From the NCBI GenBank assembly GCA_964106645.2, contig OZ067052.1: a stretch of 64,000 nucleotides of DNA; one strand, given 5' to 3'. This stretch comes from Podarcis pityusensis. Taxonomy: Eukaryota. A program made the position numbers and the translations under genes. Of the stretch, positions 28,701 through 44,000 are shown piece after piece. The notes beneath the pieces were generated by a model. That model saw nothing but the letters and a program-made list of their open reading frames with translations. It was not told where the DNA came from and made no database searches. Positions within the stretch are counted from its first letter, which is position 1, and each line of letters opens with the position of its first letter.

Positions 28701-29847
28701 TTCTTAGGTCTTGTTACCCCAAGTGGCCCTTGCTTGCCCGGGTATTACTGCACCCTGAAAGCACAAGTACCAAACCCTGTTCACGATGAAAGTGGAGACA
28801 TGTGCCCCGCAGGGCATTTCTGCCCCTTGGGTAGCAGCAACCCAACACCATGCCCAAGTGGGACTTTTCTAACCCAGCCTGGGATGTTGTCCCTCAGTGC
28901 CTGCTTGCCCTGCCCTGGAGGAAGCTTCTGCCAAGGAGAAGGTTTGGCCAGCATTTCTGGTGAGTTCTATAATCACCTTCCAGAGCACGCAGTGTAATTT
29001 GGATGCTGAAACAAGAGAAAGCTCTATAAATATACCACCGCCACCCCGCAAGCTACATTGAGCTAAGTTTGTCTTGCACTAATCAAGCAGCCTCTTTTTT
29101 TTTCTGGCTTCTGACCCAGAAAATAATTATATCTGATATGCAATTTGCAAAGGAGTTTGGGGTGAGTGGGTGGATGATTTAAAGCAACTGACTTAGGTTA
29201 GAAATTACAGTTCATTTTCTGCACAATGGGACATGAGGAAAATCCTTCCTGAGAGTCTGGCAATCTGCAAATTAATAAAGAGAGTGAAGGCTCTGAGCAC
29301 ACACAGAGTTTCTCTCACCATGGACCTACTGGAAACTTACTTCCCCATCCCCATATACAGGTCTGGTTTTAGGCAGCAAGGCATCTGGGAGGTCAAAGAA
29401 AGTGACTTCCCGGTAGCCTTAGGACCCGGCACCTCTTCTGCTAGAAACAGAGCCCCACAGTTGCTTTCTGAGCACAATTCAAAGTGTTGGTGCTGACCAT
29501 TAAAGCCCTAAACTCCCTCAGTCCAGTATACCTGAAGGAGCATCTCCACCCCATCATTCTGCCTGGACACTGAGGTCCAGTGCTGAGGGCCTTCTGGCGG
29601 TTCCCTCGCTGCGAGAAGCCAAGTTACAGGGAACCAGACAGAGGGCCTTCTTGGTAGTGGCATCCGCCCTGAGGAATGCCCTCCCACCAGATGTCAAAGA
29701 GAAAAACAACTTTTAGAAGACATCTGAAGGCAGCCCTGTTTAGGGAAGCTTTTAATGTTTAACAGACTATTGTGTTTTAATATTTTGTTGGAAGCCGCCC
29801 AGAGTGGCTGGGGAAACCCAGTCAGATGGGCAGGGTATAAATCATAA

Positions 29848-29882
<35 letters not shown>

Positions 29883-32800
29883 GGATCACCAGTGATTTGT
29901 GGTGGTTTTTGACACCCTCTCCTTTGCAGGGATATGTCACCGCGGCTACTACTGTGATTCGCTGTCCACGCATCCTGACCAGAAACTGTGCCCCCAAGGA
30001 TTCTACTGCCCCAAAGGCACAGGGACCCCAATTCCATGCCCTGCAGGAAGCATCAATACCCACAGTGGGAAATGGGATCCCACAGACTGCAAGCTCTGTC
30101 CAGCGGGGCATTTCTGCAGTGGTATGTGCATGAATATTTCTTTTCCCCCTTTTGAGGCAAGGGGGTGTCTTGACAGATTCTCAGCTGGCTTCTTCCTTAA
30201 TGGAAAGAAACACAAGCCTTCTTTTTCCTCTCAATGGCTTTAGGGCCAGGAAAGGCTGCCCCAGAAGGGATGTGCATGCCCGGGTACTATTGCCCCCCAG
30301 GACAGACCTCCGCCACACCTGCTTCCCACCGGTGCCCACGTGGATTTTACTGCCTTCAGGGATCTGTGGCTCCAGCAGCTTGCCAGAAAGGAACCTATCA
30401 ACTGGAGGAAGGGAAAGAGTCATGTGATCTCTGCCCAGCTGGGTTCTTCTGTGAATCATCCAACCAAAGTGAGGACATTGGAGGGATGTGCCCATGATGG
30501 TTGCTTGTTATGATTTGTGTGCAAGGGATAGCTTGTTCCATGCATCTGAGCACCTCCAGACTGTCAGTATTTTGCAGGAGGGAATCACGCACATAATTGG
30601 GAAATTTAGGTTGGCACATTTAATATGTATGAAGGTGCTCTGTTGCCCTTGCACAACAAATCTGCTTTGAAAAATAAATAGACTTTTTGGAGTTAGGAAA
30701 GTGATAGTGAAACACATTGAAAAGTGCAGAATCAGCGAAGGATTACCAAGAAGGTGTATAAACACACAACAGGCAAATCTGGATGAATGCAGGAGGAATG
30801 CTCACCATCATATTATCTCCCTGCAAGTAAATAAGAACAGATGCTTGATAAGAACTGGATATAATCTAAGTTCCAGGTATGTTCGCACATGACTTCATTG
30901 TTAGAACAGCTCCACCAGCAACCAGTCTGTTTCTGGGCGCAATTCAAAGTGCTGGTTATGACCTACAAAGCCCTATATGGCTTAAGTCCAGGCTGTCTGA
31001 AGCACCATATTCTCCCATATGAACCTGCCTGGCCTCTGATATCTTTGAGGAGACCCACCTTCTCTTAGTCCTGCCACCCTTTCAGGCACCCTTGGTGGGA
31101 ATGTGGGAGAGGGCTTTCCCAGTTGATTGCTCCCCAACTTTGGAACTCCTTCCTAGAGAAACTAAACTGGCTCCCTAGTTGTTGTCTTTCCACCGGCAGG
31201 TAAAGACTGTGTTATTCCAGCAGGCTTTTGGGAACTGACAGCTTTTAAAATGCCTTTTGATGGTGTTGTGCTGTTTACTATCCACATTTTTAATATATTT
31301 GTTTTTATATTGGTTTTAATTCTAGCATTATTTATCACTTTATTATCTTTTATATGTTTTAGTTTTCAGAGCAGAGTGCTGGAGATTGTACACAATATAA
31401 TAATGTCTTAGAGAAAATGCTAGCAAGAAGTTGCTAAGCTGCTCTTTCTTTCCTAGCTGCTGTTATCCAGGCCCCCAAGCCATGCCCTCTGGGGCATTTT
31501 TGCCCCCCTGGCACCACATCTGGCACAGAACACCCATGCCCCAGAGGCACAAATGGGCCCAAGGCTGGTGCTGCTGAGGAATCTGACTGTCAGCCCTGCC
31601 CAGCAGGTAAGTGAGGGACTGGGGCAAGGAGCATACAGGCCAACCAAGAAAAAAGGTAAGACAATAGCGGGAAGAAGTCTAGCTCTTGGTTGCTCATACA
31701 AATGCTGAGCACACTGGGAAAGGGCCGCAGCTCAGTGGTAGAGCATTTGCTTTGCATGCAGAAGGTCCCAGGTTCAATCCCCTTTGGTGTCTCCAGGTAG
31801 AGAGACCTCCCTGCCTGAAATGCTGGAGAGCTGCTGCCGGTCAGTGCGGACAATGCTGAGCTAGGCAGACCATTGGCCTGACTTGGTAAAAAGCAGCTTC
31901 CTGTGTTCCCTATGTTCACTGCAGATTTCTTTCCATATTTTTTTTTAAAAAAGGAATGTACTGCTCCTCTCCTGGGCTGTCCCAACCGACTGGCCTTTGT
32001 CATCAAGGCTACTATTGCACCAGGGGAGCAGTCAACCCTGCTCCCATGAGACAGAGGGTGAGTGTAAATGGCAAGAAGCAGGATTAATTCATTACTAGGG
32101 GTGTCAAATGTGTTGGGCTAATTTTCACAGCCCGAACCCAGATGCAAATCCCAAAGCAGATATTCTTCAAAATATGTACATCTTCCAATTTCACAATGCA
32201 GTTTCCCAACCCCCAAAAAAGCATGTAAAATTTTGCACATTAGGCATGTTTTTGCATAAATAAAATACTTATATTTGTGAAAATAATGCACAAAAATGCC
32301 TTCTGTCAAGGAAAATGGCTTGCAAAAATGTGCATGTTAGTCAAAACTACTTACAAAATTGTGTTCTGGGGAGAAATTTGCACTAAAATGTTGATGGATT
32401 TTCATGAGAACTTTTTTTAAAAAAGCAAATTGCACAACCTTGGGCAATTTTACCAAGTTAATTACGCCCCTCTGTGGCTCACAGAAGAAGCTTGAGAGAA
32501 AATCAGTAGGCTCTTTGATGTGCAATTACTTGAGAAATGTTATCTGAATCAGCTTGGTACAGTGATATCATCTTATTGGAAGCTCACATTTAAGACTTGG
32601 TTTCATCAAAATTGTTTACCAACCATATTTCTTTCTCACTGATTTTATTTTCCTTAATTTTTTTCAGGTGGATTCTGCCAGCTTCCTCCTAACCGGGAAT
32701 GACATCTGTCCTCCTGGGCATTTCTGCCCCAGTGGGACTGGATATCCCGTTCCTTGCCCACCTGGCTCTTTTTCCGCTTCCCTGGGTCTGAAAGCAGAGA

Positions 32801-35800
32801 GTGAGTGCCAGCCTTGCCCAGCTGGACTCTACTGCAGCCAATCAGGGATGTCTGATCTCTCCCAGATGGCGCCATGTAATGAAGGGTAAGAGGCTGTAAC
32901 AGCTGCTTCCCTTGACTGAATGGCAAGCCAAGACTTGCAGGCAAGCTCACTGTGAAGAAACACAGTAGCCTCTGACCGCATGATATTCTCCATAAATAAA
33001 TAGGGGTTACATGAGTGATGTAGAGAGAGTTGGATAAAAAGAAGCGCGGCTGTCCTGGGTATTTGGGAGAAAGAGTATCATCAGAGATCCAAAAACACAT
33101 TGAACTGATAGTGGCAGAGTGGTAATCTGAATCCAGTCCCGGAGAAACATCAAATCTCCATCGCTCTGCATGAACCCAAAGGAAAACCCTAAATTGAGAG
33201 GTAGTGTTTGAGAAGGGCCTAATAACTATGATTTTTCTTCTCCTCCTATGGGAACATCTTAGGGCTCATTATTAAGATGCAAAGAGCAGGGATGTGGAGA
33301 ATCCCATCACAAATGGAAATGGGAATGGAAATGACCGCTGTTTGCAAGTTCACCTGAGGTCAGGAATGGACATCACATGAACAGAATTTGCTGTCATAGT
33401 GGGTTTTTTGGTCTGCAAACCTTACATAAAAATTATGTCATTTTCTACATTGCTTTTGAAGTTTCCCTTCCATTGAAATGGATTGAAGTTAATTACATAG
33501 TGATTTACATTTGTGAGTTATGTTTTCTAAATCAGCTTGGCACAGTGATATCATTTATTAATTATATAGTCAATAGTGAGACAAATAACATGTGTTTCAG
33601 CTAAAGCCAAACTGTAGCAGTGGTTTTGACAAAAAGAGTACAGGAATACCTCCTTGCATCACTAGCAAAGAAGCACAGCACATTTCTGAGTAATAGACAG
33701 CCAAGGGAAACAGGTGACACCTGAGTTCTGCTGCCTGCATCCCAGCCCTGGGCATAGCTGTCAACTTTTCCCTTTTCTTGTGAGGAATCCTATTCAGAAT
33801 AAGGGAATTTCCCTTTAAAAAAGGGAAACATTGACAGCTATGTCCCTGGGTCTACCATTTTGATGATGAGAATGTTTACTTCTGCTCACCTCTTATTTTG
33901 TGGCATGGGGCCACTGCCTTACAGTAGATTGGTTGCTACTGCCTGATATTTGTGTGGAAAGGGTTATAACTCAGTAGCAGAGCATCTGCTTGGCATGTAG
34001 ATAGTCCAGGCTTGAAACCTGGCAGCATCTCCAGGTAGGTCTGGGTGAGAACCCTGCTTGAAACCCTGAAGAGCTGCTGTCAATCACTGGACACACTACT
34101 GAGCTAGATGGAGCAATGGTCTGACTTGGTATAAAGCAGATTCTTAGATTCAGAAAACCCATCAACCCTTCTGGCTCTGTTGGTGCTGACCTTAAAGCCC
34201 TTAATGGCTATGACACTATATAACCAAAGAAGTGTCTCCACCCCCATCGTTCTGCCTGGACACTGAGATCCAGCTCCGAGGGCCTTCTGGTGGTTCCCTC
34301 ATTGTGAGAAGTGCGGTTACAGGGAACCAGGCAAGGGGCCTTCTCTGTAGCCGCACCTGCCCTGTGGAACGCCCTTCCATCAGATGTCAAGGAAATAAAC
34401 AACGATCTGACTTTTAGAAGACATCTGAAAGCAGTCCTGTATAGGGAAGTTTTTAATGTTTGATGTCTTCTTTCTTGTGTTTTAATTTGTTGGAAACCAT
34501 CCAGAGTGACTGGGGCAACCCAGTCAGATGGGCAGCATGTAAATAAATTGTTGTTGCTGTTGTTGTTGTTAATTTATTTGCTACCCATGATGAATTTAAG
34601 CAGAGGCATTCATGTCTCCTCAGGCAACCATCTGCCAGGTTTTAAGCATGCCTTAAACTGAAACTAGAGGCGGGGATTGGACTCTGTCCTTCCAGTGTAG
34701 GCCAAGGGCCTTGACGAACCTTAGATTAGGGGTAGCAAAGTTGTGCCTTCCAAATCTTCTTGACCTACAGTTTCCATCCTCTTTGACCATTGGCCATGCT
34801 GAATGGGGCTGATGAAAGTGGGAGTTCAACAGCAGCTGGAGAACACCGTGTTGGCTACTCCTGCCTTAGATATTCATATGTAATATTTGTAGGTGTGTTT
34901 GCCTTGAGGGAAATGCTGCTCCCTGCCCCAGCGATGGGATTCATGGGTACAGATGCCCTACAGGATTCCGTTGCCCTGAGGGTGCCATTCTGGAAGTTCC
35001 TTGTGAGCCTGGCATGTTTAGCCCCATGGTCGGGGCCAGCTTCTGCCTCCCTTGCCCAGCGGGTACAGCTTGCCGTTATGCTGCTACTGTGGAGCCACTC
35101 AGCTGCCCCAGAGGTGAGACACTGAGAGATTGCATTTAACTCCACTGATTGGAGGCACACTGTTTGCCGGAGGTAGAAAGCACTCCTTACCCTCTTTCCT
35201 TGACTGTCAGTGTTATCCAGTATGATGAACAAGTCCTTTCCTGAGTTACCATGATAATTCTCCATCCCACACCCCTTCAAGATCCTTTGAATCAAATCCT
35301 TGTGTGCTGCAATTCTCCAAATTACATACACATTCCAGGGACCCAGCATGCATACAAGATCCTTCTCTCAATCTGCACTCTTGATCCACACAGACATAGC
35401 TGGATGACAACAGCTGCCACAGAGGGGACAAAGACATTCTTCCTTCCAGAAGGGCCTCTAGTCATTAGCAACAAATAGTGTGTACTTGGCCAACTATTTT
35501 ACATAACAAAGCCAGAAACTCACACCTTTAGCAAGTACCAATACCTTCCACTACCCCCTTCATGTTTTTAGGGTTGGGTTCTTGTTTTGTTGGGGGAGTT
35601 GCCTTCTCCCTGCACCTCACTCTCTCTGTTTTGTTTGTTTTGGGGTGGATTTATCTTCTTACATTTCCAAATGTGCTCTCCAGCCCCACCCCTGCAAATG
35701 GGGACTCTTATCTAAATCAGTCCTTCAGTTCTCCAGACCCCTGATCTTGCAAACTCAGAATTACCGGTACTGAGCTGAGGGAACCTAGAAATTGCCCAAC

Positions 35801-38051
35801 TCAACCACCAATCCCTTTACACTATAAATATAATGTGTACACACAGCCCCCTAATGCTTTCTTGTTTTGGCAGGTTACTACTGCCCAGCCCAGACAGCCA
35901 TCCCTTTGCCATGTCCTGCTGGGACCCTGAACACCCTGGAGGGGGCGCTCTCCTCCAATGCCTGCAAACCATGTCCAGTTGGGAGGTACTGCAGTGGAAA
36001 TGCTAACTGGGAACCTGATGGTAAGAGGTAGGGTTAGTTATGGCTCTGAGGTGATTCACAAGTCCTAGTAATGTTCAGCCATGGGGTGTCCAGTAACATA
36101 GATGGCTTTATGAGAGAATCAGACACTTTCCTAGAGGAGTTGCCTATGAATGGTTGGTAGTCGTGGAAGCTATTTGGAACCTTCTTCTATTGTATTCCCT
36201 GCTTCCCAATGTTTGGTTTTTAAATTATTGTCAAGTGACTTGTATTTTATAGATGTATAAGATGCTTTGAGACATCTTGCGCAAAGCAATGAATAAATGT
36301 AATAAATGGTGAAGATGTACAAAGGCAGGATGCCACTGATAGCAGTTAGTGGATGCTGTGCACATTGCCCAAGGCCTGTTGGAAATTATTAATAATGACC
36401 AGAGAATCTGCAAAATTCTATCCATATAGGCACATGTTTCAAAGTCTGTTGGAGAATATGTGTATTGACCAGGTAATGTGCACAATTCCCTCGTTGTGGA
36501 AGGGTTATGTGCACATTCTCCATGAGACCTGGTGAATATGCACAGTTCTCAGTTGATATGCACATTAACCTTTCTACTTACATGCCCCTTAACATACATG
36601 CATACATACATACATACACACACAGAGAGAGAGACAGACAGAGAGGAGAGAGAGAGAGAGAGAACTCTTGACATTAAGGGAAAGCTTTCTCCCAGATATG
36701 CAAGGAATATTTTGAACTGAGGAGTTTTCCATTCTGTGCCACTCACCTTTATGTTGAAGTGGTATAGGCTAGACACAGTGAAATCTTGCAAGTACTTCAA
36801 AATGATTCAGAGGCTGCCTTGTTGCAGAAAATAAAAGTTATGGAATGAAGTAGTAGCACACACCTCTGATTTATTAAGAGATTTCTCTTTGCCTCTGTCA
36901 GATTAGTAGTTCATTCATACATAGGCCTGAAAGCGAGATGAGCGCTGCAGCCCCATAGTTGCCTTTGACTGGACTTAACTGTCTGGGGGTCTTTTACCTT
37001 TTACCTTACCTTCATTGATACTAGAGGAATTAGAAATATTGGCTTTCCCCCCACCCCAGAAAGGTGTGGACCCTTAATCTATACATATGTGAACAACGCA
37101 GGAGCAAGGTGTCTGTTCTGAGCTAACCTTTATAGGGGCACTTAACACTGTTTGCACTTCGTCATGTTATGTGTCCACAGCCCCTGAGAGTTCTGTTTTC
37201 CAATTGGCAGGTCTGTGCTCCTCTGGGTATTACTGTTCAGGGGGAGCCTCTGATGCTGTCCCACAAAGCACACCTGAATTTCCTCTTAATGGGCCCTGCC
37301 CATGGGGGCACTATTGTCCAGAAGGCACTTGGTTCCCCGTTCCCTGTCCAGTGGGCACTCTGAATAATGTTACAGGTGAGTACAGCATGGGTACTCCATG
37401 TTCAAATTTCAGCTGCTGCCGCACCTGACTTTCTCTGAACGCAAGGAGCCCAGTTGGTAACCTAGCATGTAAGAAATGTGCCAAATCTTTTTCAGTGGGA
37501 GGAAATTTCTTCTTCAGTGAAGGGGGAAAATGAAGGGGAAGGGTCATAGCTCAGTGGTAGAGCACCTGCTCTTCATGCAGATAGGTCTCTGGCTCAATCC
37601 CAAGCATCTGCAGGTGGAGATGGGAATGTCACCTGTCTGAAACCCCGGAGAGCTGCTGCCAGACAGTGCGGACACTGAGCAAGGTTTGCAAGGTTACATG
37701 CAGCCACAAGCATATTTTAGGGTGGAACTAAATGTTATTTCAGCAAATGCAAGGTCCCACTGCCACATTCTTCAAGATACCCAGAGGGGTTCTGAAGCAG
37801 TGAATCAGTGGAAGGGAGGTGTGCTGAACTGTTCTTGTTTATTCTTACACTCATACTAAAGCTCTTACTTCCCCCACATTCCCCACAAATTAGGTGGGAT
37901 AGCAGAAAATTCAAAGCTGTTTAATTTTGTGTGAGAGAGCTGGCATCTAGAAGAAAGGTTAGTCCCTCATTCCACACATGACCCCACAGCACCCACATCA
38001 GCTTTATGAGGGGTGCATGGATGCCCTCTAGCCTCTTCCAGTGGCCATAGC

Positions 38052-38096
<45 letters not shown>

Positions 38097-41000
38097 CACT
38101 ATTATACCACTTTAACAGTTACTGCTTCCCTCAAAGAATCCTAGGAAATATAGTTTAAGGGCACTGGGAATTGTAGCTCTGTGAGCAACCTCCTTATAAC
38201 TCCCAGCCCCCTGAGTGAACTACAGTTCCCAGAATTCTTTGGGGACAGCCAAGCCTAATCAATTGGTATCAGAGCATTAAAAATGTATGGTCTGGTTGGG
38301 ACCAGCTATTCAGTTTGAACACATGAAGGGGCAAACAGGAACAAAATGAGGAGATCCTTGATGGCGCTGTGCACACCAAACACATTCTCTAGACAATGTC
38401 TTCTTTTATTTTATTCTGAAAGAGGCTGCCTTATTCACAAATAGGATTTCTAATACTGTACAGGGATGGAAATCCTAGTCAATAAGGGTTCCATAATTTT
38501 ACACACAAATATGGCAGACTAAATGTGGTTGTGCATTGCCTGGCACATGCAGCAACCTTTGGAGAGGTGTGGCTTACAGTTCATGTTCCCACTTGCCCCT
38601 TTACAAGTTCATACTGAACACCAACAGAGGGCTCACCTTTCCCTCCTAAAGGCCATCTCCATCTTTAGTCATAGAAGACAGCAACCTAGTCCCAATGTTG
38701 AGCAAGTGCAAGCACTGAAACCCAGTGTTTAAGCTGAAAAGCAAAGTTTGGCAGCTGAATCAACTAAAGACACTAAAGGCTTAGCTCAAGGTGGGCAAAC
38801 TGTGGGGCCTCCAGCTGCTCCTGGCCTTCAACTCCCCTCATCTCTGGGGGATAGCTCAGTCCGAGCATGAGACTCTGAATCTCAGAGTCATGGATTTGAG
38901 CCCCATGTTGGGTAAAGATTTCCTGGAGAGCTGCTGCCAGACAGAGTGGACAATACTGAGCAAGATTTGCAAAGTCCAAAAATTCCTGCATAGCAGGGGG
39001 TTGGACTAGATGACCATCATGGTCCCTTCCAATTCTACAATTCTATTATTCTGCAAACATTTGGAGGGCCACAGGTAGCCTTGCCTGATTAGCCAATTGG
39101 AACTGTTTTGAATTGGCGTGGGCATATTTTAATCAGTGAAGCTGCCTCTTGGGAAATCTTGTTCAGTTTGGGTTTTGATATATAACTTTAATAGAAGCAA
39201 AAATAAATTAAATAAAATTGCATTTTCTTCTACCACATGTAGGCTTTTGTTTATTAAATAGTTGATAGCCTTATCATCTGATATCTCAGAAGTTGTCTCT
39301 TTATTGAGCTGATGATGATATGCAAATGTATTTAAAAATAATTGGCTAGCTAATTCAGTCAATCAGTTAATAGATGTGTCATTCATCAGCTAAAACTTTT
39401 TTCCATTAGAGATAGCAGAAAGCCCACTAACTTTCTAGCCACGTAACGTGAGCCGAAATGACAGCTGCACTTTCATCCTTTCAAAGCTAAAATCTTTAAA
39501 GTAACTTGTATTCTTGGCTTGAACCTCTTGGTTTGATAGAGAAAATCAAACTCTCAAATCACAGGCAAAGCAGACCTGGAAGATCTTCACACAGTACCTT
39601 TTGTATTTTAAAGTTTTAGGCTATGTACACATTACCACTTATTCAGGCTCCAGTGCATTCCCACAACCATCTCATAGGATGGCTGTGCTCTGCAGTTGTT
39701 GCTGACATCTATCTGTCTTGGGAGACATTGGAAGAGTGCACCTTCAGGGATAATTCTCTGTTGGAGAATTACAGCGCCTGCTGTGGTGCCTTATATAAGG
39801 CAGCAACAGTGTAACACAGCTTCCTATGTTCCTCATTCTCCAGATTAAACTGATCTCTGCCAGCTTTTGTGTCCTGTAGGAGGTTCCTCTCCAGACTGCT
39901 GCGTCCCATGCTATCCAGGATTCTTCTGTGCTGGAGTGGGTTTAAGTTCACCTACTGGACCATGTGCTGCTGGTTTCTACTGCCCGGCAAACTTCAGCTC
40001 ATTCAGCCCAACAGCATTTCTGTGCCCTGAGGTCTGGAACATGTGCTCTGTCATTTGCTATCACAATTTATGTGAACCTGATTATCATTGGGTTGCTTTG
40101 TGGGAGGAAACCCTTAGTCTCTCCAGGTGTTGTGTTGGAATGAAATTCCCCCAGACAGCATGTCTAATGGTCAGGGATGGTGACAGCTCAAAGGCCACCA
40201 GTTCCCCAACCCAGCCTTAATACAACTCCTGGGCAGAGCATTGGATTCGACAAAGGAGGTTTGGTAGCTTGGGGTATTCTCCATGGAAGCCAATGTGAAG
40301 ATTGTTGCTTCTTGATACAGAACCAGTCTGGAATGTTCTGAATAGAAAAATGAAATCAGAAAAGTGAGCCATGGGATGTTTCTCCCCCACCCAGCCACAG
40401 ATGCTGTAATTAGATTTGTGTGTAAAAAAAGAAAGAAAAAGTGTTGGCAAGCCTGTTGTCCTCTGGATGGTTTTGGATTCCAACTCCCAGCATCCTCAGT
40501 CAGAATGGCCAATGGGGAGGGACAGTGGGAGTTGTAGTCTATCAACATCTGTAGAGCCACAGGTCCCCCACACCTGGTGAAAATAAATAATAGAAACTAG
40601 TGTTGGGTGAGACTGGGAGAGATGCCCAGAGGCATGCAGTGGGACAGGACAGATGAGCATCCTGGGCGTTGCCACTCTGTGGGGGAGGGGTCTGATTTGG
40701 TGGTCTGTTGCAAGGGTTTAAACCAGAAGTAGCCAACATGGTGCCCTCCAGATGTTCTGGATTAGAGCTTGAATATTCCCTGAATATGCCCATGCCGGCT
40801 GCAGCCTTTCCCTGTGCTCAACCTAGGGCTGGGGCACCATTGTAGAACACCTTACCTGCATGCAGAAAGTCCCAGGTTCAAGCACTGGTGTCTCCAGGTA
40901 GGGCTGAGAGAGACCCTGGCCTGAAAACCTGGAGTGCTGCTGCCAGCCAGTGTAGACAATACTGCATAAGGTGGCCAATGGTCTGATTCAGCTTACCGTG

Positions 41001-44000
41001 TTTTTACAATGTTTATTGGATTCATTTATTATGTTGTTTACAATGTTTATCCAACAATTATTGGCTGGGGGAAATTCTTGTCTGCTGCCAGACAGTGCAG
41101 GCAATGCTGAGGTAAATGGACTTGATTCGGTATTGATCAGCTTCCTATGGTCTTATATCTTAAGAAAAGGGTCATAGTTCAGTGGCAGAGCATCTGCTTT
41201 GCATGAGGGTAGTCCCTGGTTCAACCCAAGGCATCTCCAGGTAGGGTTGGGAATGTCCCCTGCCTGAAACCCTGGAGGGCGGCTGCCAGTCAGTGTAGGC
41301 ATTATGGAGCTAGATGGACCAATGGTTTGGCTTAGCAGAAGACAGCTTGTGTATTTGTGTGTCAGCAGTTAGTTTATTATTTTGTCTCAATTCCCCCCCC
41401 CCCCTCTCTCTCTCTCTGGTTTCCAGGGGCACTTCTGCCGGTCTGGGGCTGCCTATCCAGCCCCTTGCCTCATTGGTGAATACCAACCAAACCGGGGCTC
41501 AGAACACTGCCTCCCCTGCCAAGCAGGCTTCTACTGCCATGAGGCTGCCACAGGGAAGCCAAGACGCTGTCCACCACATTCATATTGTCTTGAAGGTACA
41601 AATAGCAGCACACTAACCAAAGGGCCACAAGCTTTAACTGATTGATGTCACTGACCCATCACCTAAAGTTTCATTCACAAACTCTGAATGCCAGTTGCTA
41701 AGAATCTCAATTGGGGAGAGTTCTGTTGTGTTCAGGTCCTTCTTACGGGCTTCCCATAGACATCTGGCCAGCCACTGTAAGAACAGAATGCTGGACTAGA
41801 TGGGCCTTTGATGTAATCCGGCAGAGCTCTTCTTAAGTTGTTGCATACTTCACTGATCTGTGTTTTTTATATGCCCCCTTTCCTTAGGTACTTTGTTTCC
41901 TTATCCATGTCCCGACGGCACTTTTACTCCTGTGGATATGTCTGGCCTTCAGGAGGAGAGAGGATGTCTTCCCTGTCCTGTGGGTCACTTCTGCAGGTAG
42001 TGGTGAATCCTTTCCACTGCCTCAGCAAATTCCAGTGTGCCATATTGTGCTGCTTTGCTTCTTTCCTCTTTCTTGTTGTTTAGCTTCATTTCATTTTACT
42101 TAATGCATTTGTTTTTATCCTGCCTTTCTTTGCACCCACAAAACAGTCCATCAAAACAGCTATAAAGCCAGGGATGTAAATAAGGTCAAGCATCAGTGAC
42201 ACAATCAGTAAAGGCAAGTGCAGGTAGGAAGAGCAAACAGTCTCTCGTAGATCTTTGGGGGGCATATTTACTGAGACCTTTTGTTGGTGTTATGGAAAGG
42301 GCCAGAGGGCATGTTGGCAACTCCGGTTTTATACTGTAAACTGCTCTGTGAGTTAATTTTGAAAAGTGGCATTGAAAAGGTATAGTTTTAATGAATAATG
42401 CCTCTTTGCCATCTAAATAAATTCCTACCACTTTCTCTGCACTAGGAGAGGACGAGTGGAGGGGAGATGTGCTGCTGGATTCTTTTGCCAAGAAGGGAGC
42501 TCAGATGCCACCCCACAGGGCCATAACTTCACCTGGAGCCCCCTGGCAGACTGTCTCTGGGGTCAGGTGTGTGCAGGACCCTGCCCAGCAGGTAACTAAG
42601 CAGTCTGCCAAGAAGCAAGCATACATTCTTGAAAATTCAGTCCTGCCAGAACACAATGAGAAATGGGGATTTAAAAATCACCAGCTCTGGAGTTTTGATG
42701 CTGGTGTTTATGGATCCAGTCCTAAGCATGTTTACTCAGAAGTAAGCACCACTGGACTCCTTTGGGCTTACTCCCTTCTGAGTGTGCGGTAGGATTTCAG
42801 GCTAAATGTAATTTCATCTTATTTTGGCTTGCACAAAAATAATGTGATATTGGCATCCAGGAATTTAAAATATAGATCCATCCCTGTTTTTTGGTGTGTG
42901 TGTCTGAATATTTGGAGAAATTCACACAAAAGTGTTGATGAAACTTCTTGAGGTTATAAAAAAACGATCAAAAACTAATGTGGAATGTGAAGAACCAAAC
43001 TTAAGAGTGGAAAAAGGAGGAACTGAAATTGATGGCTCTCTTGACCCTAATCTTTACCACAAGGCATTAAACTGTGGGGTGTTTCCTACCTATCACCCAG
43101 GATTCTACTGCCCAGAAGGCTCAGAGGCACCCATTCCTTGTCCAGATGACACTATTGGCTCTGCCCCAGGTGCAAGACAAAGAGAAAACTGCCTCCCCTG
43201 CCCGCCAGGCCGCTGGTGTAAAGCAGGTCAGAATTTATTCCTGGAACCCCCTTCCCAAAACACCTGTGTGAGGCATCCCCTCCCTCCCCCTCTCCTTTCA
43301 GATCTCATGCACACCCAACCAGGGACAACAAACTTGCCTGCCTTTGTGTGTCATTGGATTCCAACTCACATCATTGGCTGTGCTGGCTGAGTCTATTGTG
43401 AGTTGTACTCTGATGACATCTGTAGTCTGCAGGTCCCCCATCCCTACCCTAAGCACTGCAAGTCTATCCCTTTGAACACCTTCATACCTTCTCTCCCCCC
43501 CCCTCTCTTCAGGGGATCCAGTAGCCCACCCATGTCCTTATGGGTATGACTGCCACGCAATGAATCACACCACCCCCGGTGGACCCCGGGCCCTCCCGCA
43601 GTGCCCCAGGCAGGCTTTCCGAACAGAAATGGGGACTGAGAACCCTATTGATTGCCAGCCCTGCTCATCAGACCATCTGTGTGCGGCCACTGGTAAGCCC
43701 CCAACTTGAGGCCCAGCTCTAAACTCAGTCTGCAAAATTCCTGTTCAGCTCAAGCATGATGGAGCAGATTCCCCATCCAGGAGGTGGTTGAAATTTCAGG
43801 TTAAATGACATAAAAGCAGAAATGTTAACAGCAGGAACCTGCAGGAACTTTATTGTTGTTGTTGTTTTATTTAACGCATTTGTACTCTGCTCTTCAGCCA
43901 AAAAAGTTCCCAGAGTGACTTACATGCAATCTGTTAAAACATGAGATAGCTTAGTCAGGAGAGCATGAGACTTATTTTCAGGGTCGTGGGTTCAATCCCT

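Noticed and set aside
31721-31790. tRNA genes here and near 33960, 37540, 38846, 41168 and 43945
   Set aside because: The acceptor stems are degenerate and each head runs straight into a shared SINE body, so these are SINE heads.
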